64,000 nt of DNA from the human T2T-CHM13v2.0 reference genome, Homo sapiens. Below are positions 51,526 to 64,000 of this stretch, piece by piece (position 1 is the first letter of the stretch; each line of letters starts with the position of its first letter). The translations under genes were made by a program, and so were the position numbers. The DNA is taken from assembly GCF_009914755.1 (NCBI RefSeq), contig NC_060928.1; one strand, given 5' to 3'. The notes beneath the pieces are model-generated. The model saw only the letters and a list, made by a program, of their open reading frames with translations, searched no databases and was not told the DNA's origin.

Positions 51526-51718
51526 ATGAGGGCTCTGACCTCAAGAAAGTGAGGGCCTGAACACGTCTTTTCTACTGGAAGTAAGGGACCAGCCTCTCTA
51601 CCAACTTTTCTCCTCAGGATGAAGGATGGGTAGGACAGTGCCCCTAGAGAGAGCAGGGGCTGCAAGCTGAGAGTGTCCACGTGAAGATCACTGTCTCCCC
51701 CTTGCTGTTTGGTACCAG

Positions 51719-52325
51719 TGTGGTGGTCTCCTCAGTTCAACCACGTCTGGGCTCTCTTCCCATGACCAGGAAGAATAAGACATACAGACACCAGAGAGTG
51801 AGTAAAGCAGAATAGGATTTATTAAGCATAGGGAAAGCTCTCAGCAGTAAGAGGGGACATGAAAGCAGGGTGCCAGAAATGGGGCTGAGTTTATATGGCA
51901 AGAACAAGGAAGTCTTCTGTGGGCTCTGCCCAAATGGGAGGGGTAAAGTTCCCCTATAACAGTGTTGCATCTGAGCATGCCTGGGATTGACCACAGTGAC
52001 TCCGTCTTGGTTATTACCCATGAGTGCCCAAGCGAAACCCACAGCAGGTGGAAAGGGTGAAGCTAAAACCAAAATACTTATGTCATGTTAGGTAACATTA
52101 TAAGGAGCTGGGTCAAGTTAATGACATTTAGGTTGATTTATTACACCTGGGCCTAAGTGGGGACAGTCCCTTCTGATCAACATCCTGGCATAAGAGGAAG
52201 TTCTTAACCACATTTCTTCCCACTAGCTACAAGGGTGGTGCATGTGCGGTCCCATGGGTGTTTTTCCTCTCCAGAGACCCTCCCTCCCTATCTTCCTAAC
52301 TAGCTTCTGACTGCCTCCTCTCTCA
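51719..52325 (-). mobile_element. ERV1-class solo LTR, family uncertain
   Basis: Minus strand begins TGAGAGAGGAGGCAG; TATA and AATAAA (TTTATT at ~51818) in LTR order. Confidence 0.6.
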
Positions 52326-52586
52326 GGGGTTCCTCTTCCTTTTAAATATCAGACAGTAAACAAGGAATGATGGGTCCACAGGAAGAGAGAGCACCATGTA
52401 TTCAGATCTCTTCACAGCCTTGCCCTCCAGAGTTTAGATGTGGAGGGAATAGATTAAAGGCAAATTTCTTGTTTTGCTATTTATCTTTGGACCTGTCAGG
52501 CTGTAACTGTGTGTTTTTCTCCTGTGGTGTGGGGCACTGTGTGAGTTTAAGCACCAATCACATGCATCCACTTCTACCTGCACTTC

Positions 52587-53161
52587 TGTTCCCAGAAGGA
52601 AGGCCGTGAGTGTGAGTTGTCCAGGTCCTTGATATTTTGAACAAAGAATTGAACAAAATGCAAAATGGAACGAAACACATGAAGGAAACAGCAAAAGCAG
52701 GGGTTTATTAAAGCAAGAAAGCACTCCACGGGATGGGTGTGAGCCCCAGCAAGCAGCTCAAGGACCCGGTTACAAAGTTATCTGGGTTTTAAGTACTCCT
52801 TTTGAGGTCCCTATCAGCTACCCCTTATCTGGATGAAAGATTTGGTCCGTGGCTAATCAAAGGCTGAGGTGAATTGGTACCCCATGCAGATGAAGGCATG
52901 GCCTGTGCTTGGCCCACGGCCACTCCAAGTCACTCTCCTTTTCTATCAGAGAACTGGTGCAAAGGAGAGGGTTGTAGCAACAGTCACCTTTGATCCTTTG
53001 CTACTCAGGTGTAGATGAGGTTTTCCTTTTGGTTTAGATGTAGGAAGTTCACGTTAATTGGCCTTAGGTTCCCTGCTCCCAGACCTTGGTGTTTCTTCTT
53101 TAGGAATTCAGCACGAATTGGCCTTAAGTTCCCTGCCTCCAGACCCTATTCTCTTGCCTCA
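52587..53161 (-). mobile_element. MER51/MER61-like solo LTR
   Basis: Minus strand TGAGGCAAGAGAATAGGGTCTGGAGGCAGGGAAC..AACA; 4-bp TSD CTTC at 52583-52586 and 53162-53165. Confidence 0.75.
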
Positions 53162-53304
53162 CTTCTATATAAGTCAATACCATCTTACAACAAATTTAAC
53201 TTTAAATAAAGGAAACACAATATCAATACTTACAGGGTGCCAAGCATTTGCAGGTTATTTGTAATCAATCTGTCCTGGAATCCTGGAATCCTGTCTTTAA
53301 TGGG

Positions 53305-53720
53305 TGTATATATTACTAAGCTATAACTGCATAACAATCCTGAAACATACTAGCTCAGGGTTGAGCTGGTTAGAAATTTAGGCTGGGCTTAGCTGGGCCA
53401 TTCTTCTGGGCTCAGTTTGGCTCCTTCAGGTGTGAGTGGTCAGATGCTGGTGAATTAGGTGGCTCTGCTTCTGGGAGTGAGCTGTCTGTAAACTGGCGCA
53501 CTTTGGCTTTCCTCAGCATGCTATTTTATCCTCCAGAAAGTTAAAATGGGCTTGTTCTCATAGAGATGGAAGAATTCTGAAAAAGATAACAGAAGCATTT
53601 AAGACCTTTTGAACCTGGGCCCCAAACTGGCACACTGTCATATGCACAGCTTCGGCCTGTGCAAATAAGTCAAGAGAGATTCAAGTTTGGGAAACAGAAT
53701 CTGTTTCTTGATAGGAACAA
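53305..53720. mobile_element. Old MLT1-type MaLR fragment
   Basis: ACTGCATAACAA..GCTGGGCTTAGCTGGG..CCAAACTGGCACACTGTCA. Confidence 0.5.
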
Positions 53721-55048
53721 CTATAAAAGCCATTTCCAAGAACATGAATACAATAAGAATTTTTTTAATTGCTGTTTTTGCGATCAATTTTATCATGACT
53801 TTTCTTGCAGATGTGGCTTATATAACTATCCCACAGCTACCAAGCAGCTGGCTTGGACTCAGGATTGATGCTTCCCTAACTCTGAAGCCCCTGCACCTCC
53901 ATAGACCACACTACTCAGCCAGCTTTTCGTGTCCTTCACGGGGCTGAAGAGTGACACTTCTGAAATAGAAGCAAGATTTTTTTTTTTTTTAGAATCTCAT
54001 CCCATCCACCCCTTACTCTTCACCATTGGAAATAATTCACTCCAGGGAATGGTTCTGAAGTCTCTTGGAAAAACTGGCAACAATTTGAGGAAATTGCTGA
54101 GCATTGGGTTTAGGAAATTAATGCCCAACGTTACATTTTTAATTTATCATAGGAGAAATTTGAAAACACCTATAATGCACTCAACATAGCTGCAAACTCT
54201 TTATTTTTTGTATTTGTAGACTATTTATGATTTTTAATATAGACTAAATCAAATTACTGTTCCTGAAACAACTTTTGCTCTGCAGGCAAGTGACATAGCA
54301 ATAGGGCTGCTGATATTTTTTCCTGCTGCAATTTAGCCAACCAGCAGAGTATGCTTTGAAGGGCCAAGATGTTTTCTAAGACCCCACATTTAGGAGCAGC
54401 TATAGGGCAAATACCTAGAGCACACATAGAAATCACACATAACCAATTCATTCCTTGCCCTGAATCAATGCTTCTCACCCTTGGATGCACATTAGCCTGT
54501 TGTGCATGTAGGTGGTGGTATTTAAAGTTCCCAAACCCAAATTGCAAGGGAATAATTAAGCCAGAATCCCTAGCTTAAGACCCAGGCAAAAGCCAGTGTG
54601 ATTTAAAGCTCTCCAGGTGATTACAATATGCAACCATACTCCCAAATGTCTGCTGTAAACCAACATCTTTCAGAGAACCAGTTGAAAATATTTCTCAAAT
54701 TAATGTAAAAAGTGTTTGCTGTTGAGTTGTGGCCTTTCAGTCTTACTCATATTACCCACATTCTTTCCTTTGCAAAACTGACCTCTGCTACTTGTTTTGT
54801 TCCTGATTCAAACCAGTTCCACACACACTGAGTGCACACTGTGTGCAGCCCACTGTGCTAGGTGAATATTGTTGTGGAGGAAGGACTTTGCTGTAAGAAA
54901 TTTACATTCCCCAAAACTAAAACCATGCTACTTACTCAATTGAAATAAAAAATGAAAGACTGAGGGGGACTCCCAAGGGTCAAGACATGTATGCATACCT
55001 TGGAATATTAGTATCCATCTCATGATGACTGAATGTAAATGCTCCACT

Positions 55049-55117
55049 ATTTTTTTTTTTTTGATATGCAGTCTCACTCTGTTGCCCAGGTTGGAGTGCA
55101 GTGGACCGCGCCTGGCC
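55049..55117 (-). mobile_element. Internally deleted Alu (5' 13 nt fused to 3' end)
   Basis: T tail, ..GGAGTGCAGTGG joined directly to ACCGCGCCTGGCC; flanks AATGCTCCACT and AATGCCCCACT. Confidence 0.8.
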
Positions 55118-55516
55118 AATGCCCCACTTTCAAACAAAACAATACGAAACATTGCTATTATTCTGAAATATTAAGTTAGTATTAAATATGTAATATTTAC
55201 ATTTTTATTGATGTATAACATACATACAGAAATGCATCCACAATGAAATATTAATGTAATGCTCAATAATTTATAACAAAGCTAATACATTCGTGTAACT
55301 ATAGAATGGAACTACCCTTGTTTTTCCCCACAAACCACTTCTTCTTTTCCTTCCCCCCAAATCTAACCACAATCTTGAGCTAATGTTATAGATGGTTGTC
55401 TTTTTAGAAAAGTCTTTTATTAGAGAATATTTTAAACTTATACACAGTAACCAATATAGTATAATAGGCTGATGCTCAGCCTCAACATCTACTAATTTTG
55501 TCTCATTTATGTTTAA

Positions 55517-55833
<317 letters not shown>

Positions 55834-57672
55834 CCCATCTCCACTTTATTATTGTTTTTAGTTATTTTCTGTAAGATAAGATGTATATGCATTGAAACAT
55901 ACAGTCTTTACTGTACCTTTTTGACAAATCAATACATCCATATAACCTTTTCTCTTTCAATCATAGAATTACTGCCACTTAACAATTATTAATATGCATG
56001 TGAATTACCTGGAAATATTTGAAATCCAGATTTTGATACAATATATCTGGGTTTTGCCTGAAAATGTGTATTTCTAACAAAGTACAGATTCATAGAGCAC
56101 ATGATAACTACAAGGTCTATTTTGTCTAAAGTGTATAAAACTTGATGAATAAAATTAAGAAAAATTGACCTCAGAGGAACAAATCAAAATGCATGTGCAA
56201 TATGCTATCTGTAGGAGCATTTCATCAACAATGACTCACAGTCATGTGTGACCTTTACTGAATTGCCCAAAATTCAGTCATTTATACCAAGTGCACTTAA
56301 ATTTCATAATTTCCTATTAAAATTATATTTAATGCCTTTACAAAATCTAACAGTTTTCTTATAAAATTAAGTAACAATATTTGATATGACATTATAAGTT
56401 CCATTTATATTAAACTTAAACTTACATAATTTTATTAGACTGTGTCTATGCATCTACCACTGGATATCCTTTTGGCTTCCAGCATTTGCACAGGCACCAC
56501 AGCTGAGAAGCACAGGACAGATTCACTAGACACAGGATGTTCCCTGCATCTTTATCTCTAAAGTTCATCAGTTAGCCAAGTCAGGTGAGAATTGAGGTCA
56601 TGTATTCGCTACCATATAGTGTCTCATGGACCCTCTCTTTAGAGGGAAAAGAGACTAGAAGATTCTTTTAGGGAGCAGTTCCTGGGACAAGGGCTAAGCT
56701 GCCTAAGGAGTGAGCATTCTGTCCAGCAGGTACAGACTTCTCAGAAGAGAAAGACGAGGCAGCCATTCTGAACCTGGAGCTCCATTGCCCCTTGTCCCAT
56801 CTCATTAAGACAATTCTGAGGGGTTGTTCTGGAACATGTCTGGATGATGGCAGTTAAAAGACAGTATGAGCTTTGATGGGACTTGGGTAAGGTCTGTCAT
56901 TGGAAGGTAGGAGGCCAATGCTCAGCCTCTCAGTTTGTGTTCTTGAGGACAAAGGGTTGCCATTTTAGGCCCTAGTCCATTTTCACTAAAGAGTAGGCTA
57001 GAGAGTCTGCATGGCTCCCAGATTCCATTTATGATTATTTCAGGGGGTGGGGTCAGGAAGGGTCTAAGTCTCAACATCTTTGGGAAATTCTGGAAAGCCT
57101 GTTTTGGAAACCCGGAAAGAACTCTTGCCTGGTGCCTGAATGCTTGATTTGCTGTTCTGCATTTATATATTCTTCGCAGCCAGATAGCCAGGTTTGCATT
57201 CACACCGACAGAGCTGTGAGTCACAGGTTGAAGTGGCCAGAATGAGTGTCTTGGTGGCAGGCTAGGGTACATTATGATAGCAAACTTCAAGACTGTTTAC
57301 ATGCAGCTTGGCAATCAGGGTTGAGTCCTAGCCCAGGTGCTTAGATGCAGCATGGGGCCAATCAATAAATCACGTCCAATCCTTCAGCTGTCTATGAGGT
57401 AAAAGGGAGCCCAGTTCATGTCTTGACTGGGGGGCTCTACCAGGTGTTTAGATGACACCCTGGATTTCTTGACTTCTGACTTACTTATAAGAACAGATTC
57501 AGGACAGTTGTATTCTTGGATGTGTGAACTGTCATTACCCTGCTAGGATAATGTGAGACAGATTGCATTAAAATAGAAGGTGTTAGAAACCCCTGACAAT
57601 AGGGAGAAAAATCACAAACTCAATTAAAAAATACACAGAACTTATTTAAAAAATTACACATTAAAATAAGTT

Positions 57673-59105
<1,433 letters not shown>

Positions 59106-59254
59106 AAGTTGAGAGTTACATGTTCTTGCATAAAGGATTCTACCTGTTGAAGGACATTTCATAAGAAACTTGAGCATCTGCACAGAGATGCTCACACTAG
59201 CATGTTGTTGGTGGGCATATACATAATCAATAAATAAGAAGAAACAAGTGGAAG

Positions 59255-59342
59255 TAAAAAAAGAAAAAGAAGAAGAAGGAAAAGAAGGAGGAAGAGGAGG
59301 AGGAGAAGAAGAAGGAGGAGGAGGAGGAAGAAGAAGAAGAAG
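59255..59342. repeat. (GAA/GGA)n purine tract
   Basis: Directly visible. Confidence 0.9.
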
Positions 59343-59379
59343 GGGTGCACACATATACGTGAATTTTTTTTGGTCATGA

Positions 59380-60012
59380 ACACCTAGAAAATATCTTTCT
59401 TGACATTAGGAAAGAATTGGGAAAGAATTTTTGGCCAAGTTCCCAAAAGCAATTGAAAGAAAAACAAACATTGACAAACAGGACCTAATTAAACTAAAAA
59501 GCTTCTGCACAGCAAAAGAAGCTATCCACAGAGTAAACAGAAAATTTATAGAATGAAAGAAAATCTTTGAAAACTATGCATCTGACAAAGACCTAATTTC
59601 CAGAATCTGTAAGAAATGTAAACAACCAAAAAAGCAAACCAAAACAAAATAAGCCTATTTTAAAATGAGCAAAAACATGAACAGATACTTATCAAAGGAG
59701 AATTTACAGGCACCCAACAAACATGAAAATATGCTCCACATCACTAATCATCAGAGCAATGCAAATCAAAACCACAGTGAGATAACATCTCACACCAGCC
59801 AAAATGGCTATTATTAAAAAGTCAAAAAAAGGAAGATGTTGGTGAGGCTGTGGAAAAAATGGAACACTTATACACTCCTGGTAAGAATGTAAATCAGTTC
59901 AGCCACTGTAGAAAGCAGTATGGAGATTTCTCAAAGAACTTAGAACTACCATTTAATCTGGCAATCCCAGTACTGGGTATTTATTCCAAAGAAACCCAAT
60001 TATTCTACCAAA
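59380..60012 (+). mobile_element. L1PB/old L1PA ORF2 3' fragment
   Basis: GACCTAATTAAACTAAAAAGCTTCTGCACAGC, GCAAATCAAAACCACAGTGAGATA. Confidence 0.85.
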
Positions 60013-61440
60013 AAGCTGTCAGTGGATCTACAATTCTGGGGTCTGGAGGATAGTGGCTCTCTTCTCACAGCTCCACTAGGTGGTGCTCCAGTGGGGACTC
60101 TTTGTAGGGGCTTCTAACCCCACATTTGCCTTCCATACTGCCCTAGCAGAGGTTCTCCATGAGGGCCCTGCCCCTGCAGCAAACTTCTGCCTAGGCATCC
60201 AGGAATTTCCATACATCATCTGAAATCTAAACGGAGGTTCCCAAACCACAATTCCCAACTTCTGTGCACCTGCAGTCTCAACACCAGGTAGAAGATGCCA
60301 AGGCTTGGGGCCTCCACCCTCTGAAGCAATAGCCCAAGCTGTCCCTTGGCTCCTTTAAGTCACAGCTGGAGTGGCTAAAACACAGGGCACCAAGTCCCTA
60401 AACTGCACACAGCAGAGGGACGCTGGGCCTGGCCCACAAACCATTTTTTATTCCTAAACCTCCGGGCCTGTGATGGGACAGGCTGCCACAAAAGTCTCTG
60501 ACATGCCCTTGAGACATTTTCCCCATTGTCTTGGTGATTAACTTTTGGCTCCTCATTACTTATGCAAATTTTTGCAGCTGGCTTCAATTTCTCCTCGGAA
60601 AATGGGATTTTCTTTTCTATCACATTGTCAGGCTGCATATTTTCCAAACTTCTATGCTCTGTTTCCCTTGTAAAACCGAAAGTCTTTAACAGCACCCAAG
60701 TCACTTCTTAAATGCTTTGCTGTTTAGAAATTTCTTCCACCAGATACTCTAAATCATCTCTCTCAAGTTCAAAGTTTCACAAATCTCTAGGACAGGGGCA
60801 GAATGCTGCCAATCTCTTCGCTAAAACATAACAAGAGTCATCTTTGCTCCAGTTGCCAACAAGTTCCTTATCTCCATCTGAGACCACCACAGCCTGGATT
60901 TTATTGTCCATATCATTATCAGCATTTTGGTCAAACCCATTCAACAAGTCTCTAGGGAGTTCCAAAACTTTCCCACATTTTTCTGTCTTCTTCTGAGCCC
61001 TCCAAACTATTCCATCCTCTGCCTGTTACTCAGAACTTCATTTCTGGTTACCTTTTGAGCAGTGTCTCACTCTACTGGTACCAATTTACTGTATTAGACC
61101 GTTTTCATTTTCACGCGGCTGATAAAGACATATCCAAGACTGGGCAATTTACAAAAGAAAGAGGTTTAATGGACTTACAGCTCCACAATGCTAGGGAGGC
61201 CTCACAATCACGGCGCAAGCTGAAAGGCACATCTCACATGGCAGCGGACAAGAGAAGAGAGCTTGTGCAGGGAAACTCTCCTTTATAAGCAAGCCATCAG
61301 ATCTCATGAGACTTACTCACTATCACGAGAACAGCATGGAAAAGACCTGCCCCCATGAATCAATACCTCCCACTGGGTCCCTCCCACAACACATGGGAAT
61401 TCAAAATGAGGGTTGGGTGGGACACAGCCAAACCAAGTCA
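60013..61440 (-). mobile_element. THE1(A/B) MaLR: 5' LTR (61090-61440) plus internal region (60013-61089); 3' LTR missing
   Basis: TGTATTAG..GCTGATAAAGACAT..GGGACACAGCCAAACC; internal AAGCTGTCAGTGGATCTAC..TGGTACCAATTTAC. Confidence 0.9.
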
Positions 61441-61719
61441 GGCTCCTCCTGGGCTTCTGTTATTTTCTGGGTGAATGGGTGATCCCTTCCCCTAGAGGAC
61501 TCCACCTTAACCCAGCCCCTCCCAGTCAGTAATCTCCCCTACTAGTCCCCCAGATGCTAATTATTGCTCACTTGAGTCTTTCTCACCCTAATTGAAAATT
61601 AATGTCTGATTCCTCTCTCTCCCCTGCATAACCTCTGTGAAAAATGTCAGATGCCTTAGACCCAGGAGGTTTCCTGCCTGTATTTCCTTTCCCAGCTCTC
61701 TCTCCCAGGTATGTAGACT

Positions 61720-62330
61720 CCATAAATTCCTTCACACATATGTGTCCAGAGCGTACCCTGTTCCAGCCCCTGGGGATATAGCAGTGAACAAAAAAAAATG
61801 CCCCCATCCTGCGGGAGCTTGAGTTCTAGTTGGGGAGACAGGTAAGAGTCAAGACGAATAAATAATATGTAAGTGTGATCGATAGCGATAAGGACTGTGG
61901 AGAAAAAGAGATTGAGAAAGGAAGACAGTAAATCCCCGGGGGAGGCAGTTCTGCAACTTTAGAGGCAGATCAGGGAAGACCTCACTGTGAGGGTAACATT
62001 TAGGCAAAGGCTTGAAGGAGGTAAGGGAGGGAGCTGTGCAGCTATCTAAAGGAAGAGCAGTCCAGGCAAAAGGAACAGCAGGTGCAGGGGGCCTGGGAAG
62101 CCCATATGTTCCAGGAACAGCACAGGGCCAGGGTGGCTGCAGGGCAGCAAATGAGAGGAGGTGCAGTGGGAGGTGAGCTCAGGGGGGTGACGTGCAGGCA
62201 ACATGGGCCAATTCTCCAGGGTCCTCCGGGTCATCTTAAAGCCTCTGGCTTTTACTCTGATGAGACAGGAAGCCAGTCCATGGTTCTGTGCAGAGCACTG
62301 ATATGATCTCACCCAGTGTTGGGTTGCAAA
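61720..62330 (+). mobile_element. L2 fragment
   Basis: GGGGATATAGCAGTGAACAAAA, CAGGGAAGACCTCACTG, GGAAGAGCAGTCCAGGCAAAAGGAACAGC. Confidence 0.75.
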
Positions 62331-63374
62331 GGCACTTCAGGGGTCAACAATGGAAGTGGAGACCAGTTAGGGGGAGAGGGATGAAGGCAATGAGTAGTCA
62401 TGGGGGATGAGAAGCAATTGAAGGTGGGGCCCACAGGAGGTGGGTGTGAGAGAGGAGGTGAGGACAGTGGCCTGGATCACTAACTGGAAGGATGGGGTTT
62501 TGGGAGGAGCAGGTCTGGGGAGGAGGATGCAATGTGGGCAGCCTGCACACAGCACTTACAGCCTTCTCTCCAGCTGTGTGTCAGTGGGTACTTGCCGCTG
62601 TGCTTTTGCACATGCTGGCCTCTGTGCCTGCCAGTCATTCCTTGCCCTGGGAGAAGAACTTTAACTGCCCTCTCAAGGGTACCTTCTGTGAATCAGTCCT
62701 GTTGGCCTCCACCTCCTCTATCCCTCTCTTTGCTTCATGCACATGCTGGAACTCATGCACATTGCACAACCTCGACCATATTGTGCCCTGGAAGGTGCCC
62801 CAGAAATAAGGACAGCGTGCCATCCATCCCTGAAGCCTGTGTTTCTCAGAGTGCCCACACCTCAGAGTGTCCACCACACAGTAAAGGCTCAACCACAGAC
62901 TGACTGCGGACCTGACTGGGGTCTTGCTCTCCCTTTAACTTTAAGCCCCAATTGGCAGCAATCGCAGAGCTTTGTCCCTCCCTGTGAGCCTGTCTGGCTG
63001 TTTATGCTGGATGACATGCACCCCCTCTGCCAGGAGTGCATAGTCTATGGCCTGGCCAGGCAGCCATTGCAGATGAGAAGAGCTTCAACCTCAACTTTAT
63101 TGTGCTGCTGGGTTTTTTCTGCTGGCTCTTAGCACGTTTCTCATGAGCCATGATTAGCCTCAGGTCTATGGAACCTTCTGCAGCTATGTCATGGTGACTG
63201 AGGACATCATCTGAAGCATGTGCCACTGCTACCCCAAGGCAGGTGTTGGTGAGGCTGTGTGGGGATAGGAGGGTTGGAGACCATGCCTCTATCTCATAAA
63301 TGAATTCTTCATCCTTCAATCATCTCCTCATTCTCATTTTGACTCTCTGTTTATTTCTTACTGCTCTCATGAGC

Positions 63375-63441
63375 ATTCATCCATCCATCCATGTTTCCAT
63401 CCATACTTTCATCCACCCATCCATTCATCTATTCATCCATC
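63375..63441. repeat. (TCCA)n
   Basis: Directly visible. Confidence 0.85.
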
Positions 63442-63727
63442 ACTTAGCAGAGGGGTTGATCAGAAGCCCCCAGGATCTGAAACCATGAAACAAATACCAT
63501 GGAAGGGAAGAAATGAAGCACAACACATTACTCACGTGCTTAAACTAAAAGACAATGAGTGCTTTAAAGCTGAGGCTGAGAAAGTGAGGTTCTATAGCTG
63601 AGTGGCAGGGTTTGGATTGGAGCTCAGATGTGCAAATGTAGGCATCATTCTTGTTTTTGATTTCTCCATTTCAGGGTCCCAGAGCTTTCTGGGGTGGGTC
63701 AGGTCTAATCTTGGTGGAATGCATTAA

Positions 63728-64000
<273 letters not shown>

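Noticed and set aside
60076-61288. ORFs of 60-109 aa
   Set aside because: THE1 internal/LTR sequence.
62367-63488. Cluster of 60-130-aa ORFs
   Set aside because: No domain, splice structure or homology that I can recognise.

Overview
Primate (almost certainly human) genomic DNA from a KRAB zinc-finger cluster; sequence and gene order fit 4p16.3 (from recall, not a search). The window holds the last two fingers of a + strand C2H2 ZNF gene (probably ZNF876P, 2-193). It also holds a complete - strand four-exon KRAB-ZNF gene: ATG exon 50653-50655, KRAB-A 41376-41502, KRAB-B 40785-40880 and finger exon 16442-17973. These total 1758 nt = 585 aa, which I recognise as ZNF732, and the gene has a CpG-island/CCAAT promoter at about 49.7-50.9 kb. 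The rest is mostly interspersed repeats: about 30 Alus, L1 fragments, solo LTRs (LTR13, LTR14B-like, LTR6B, MER51/61-like), a decayed class I ERV pol-env-LTR, MaLRs, DNA transposon fragments and a rare SVA2. Almost all short ORFs in the track are Alu, L1 or microsatellite artefacts. I found no evidence of a wholly new biological system. The most unusual structures are: (1) an SVA2 with TSD; (2) a TSD-flanked non-repeat retrocopy inside an MSTA LTR; (3) an Alu whose poly(A) tail is G19; (4) a very young AluYa-lineage insertion in a fossil finger array behind the ZNF732 stop; (5) an inverted paralogy of the two ZNF 3' flanks, with a junction that creates the upstream gene's stop; (6) a displaced copy of ZNF intron-1 sequence inside intron 3. 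Repeat subfamily names come from remembered consensus sequences and need RepeatMasker/Dfam confirmation.
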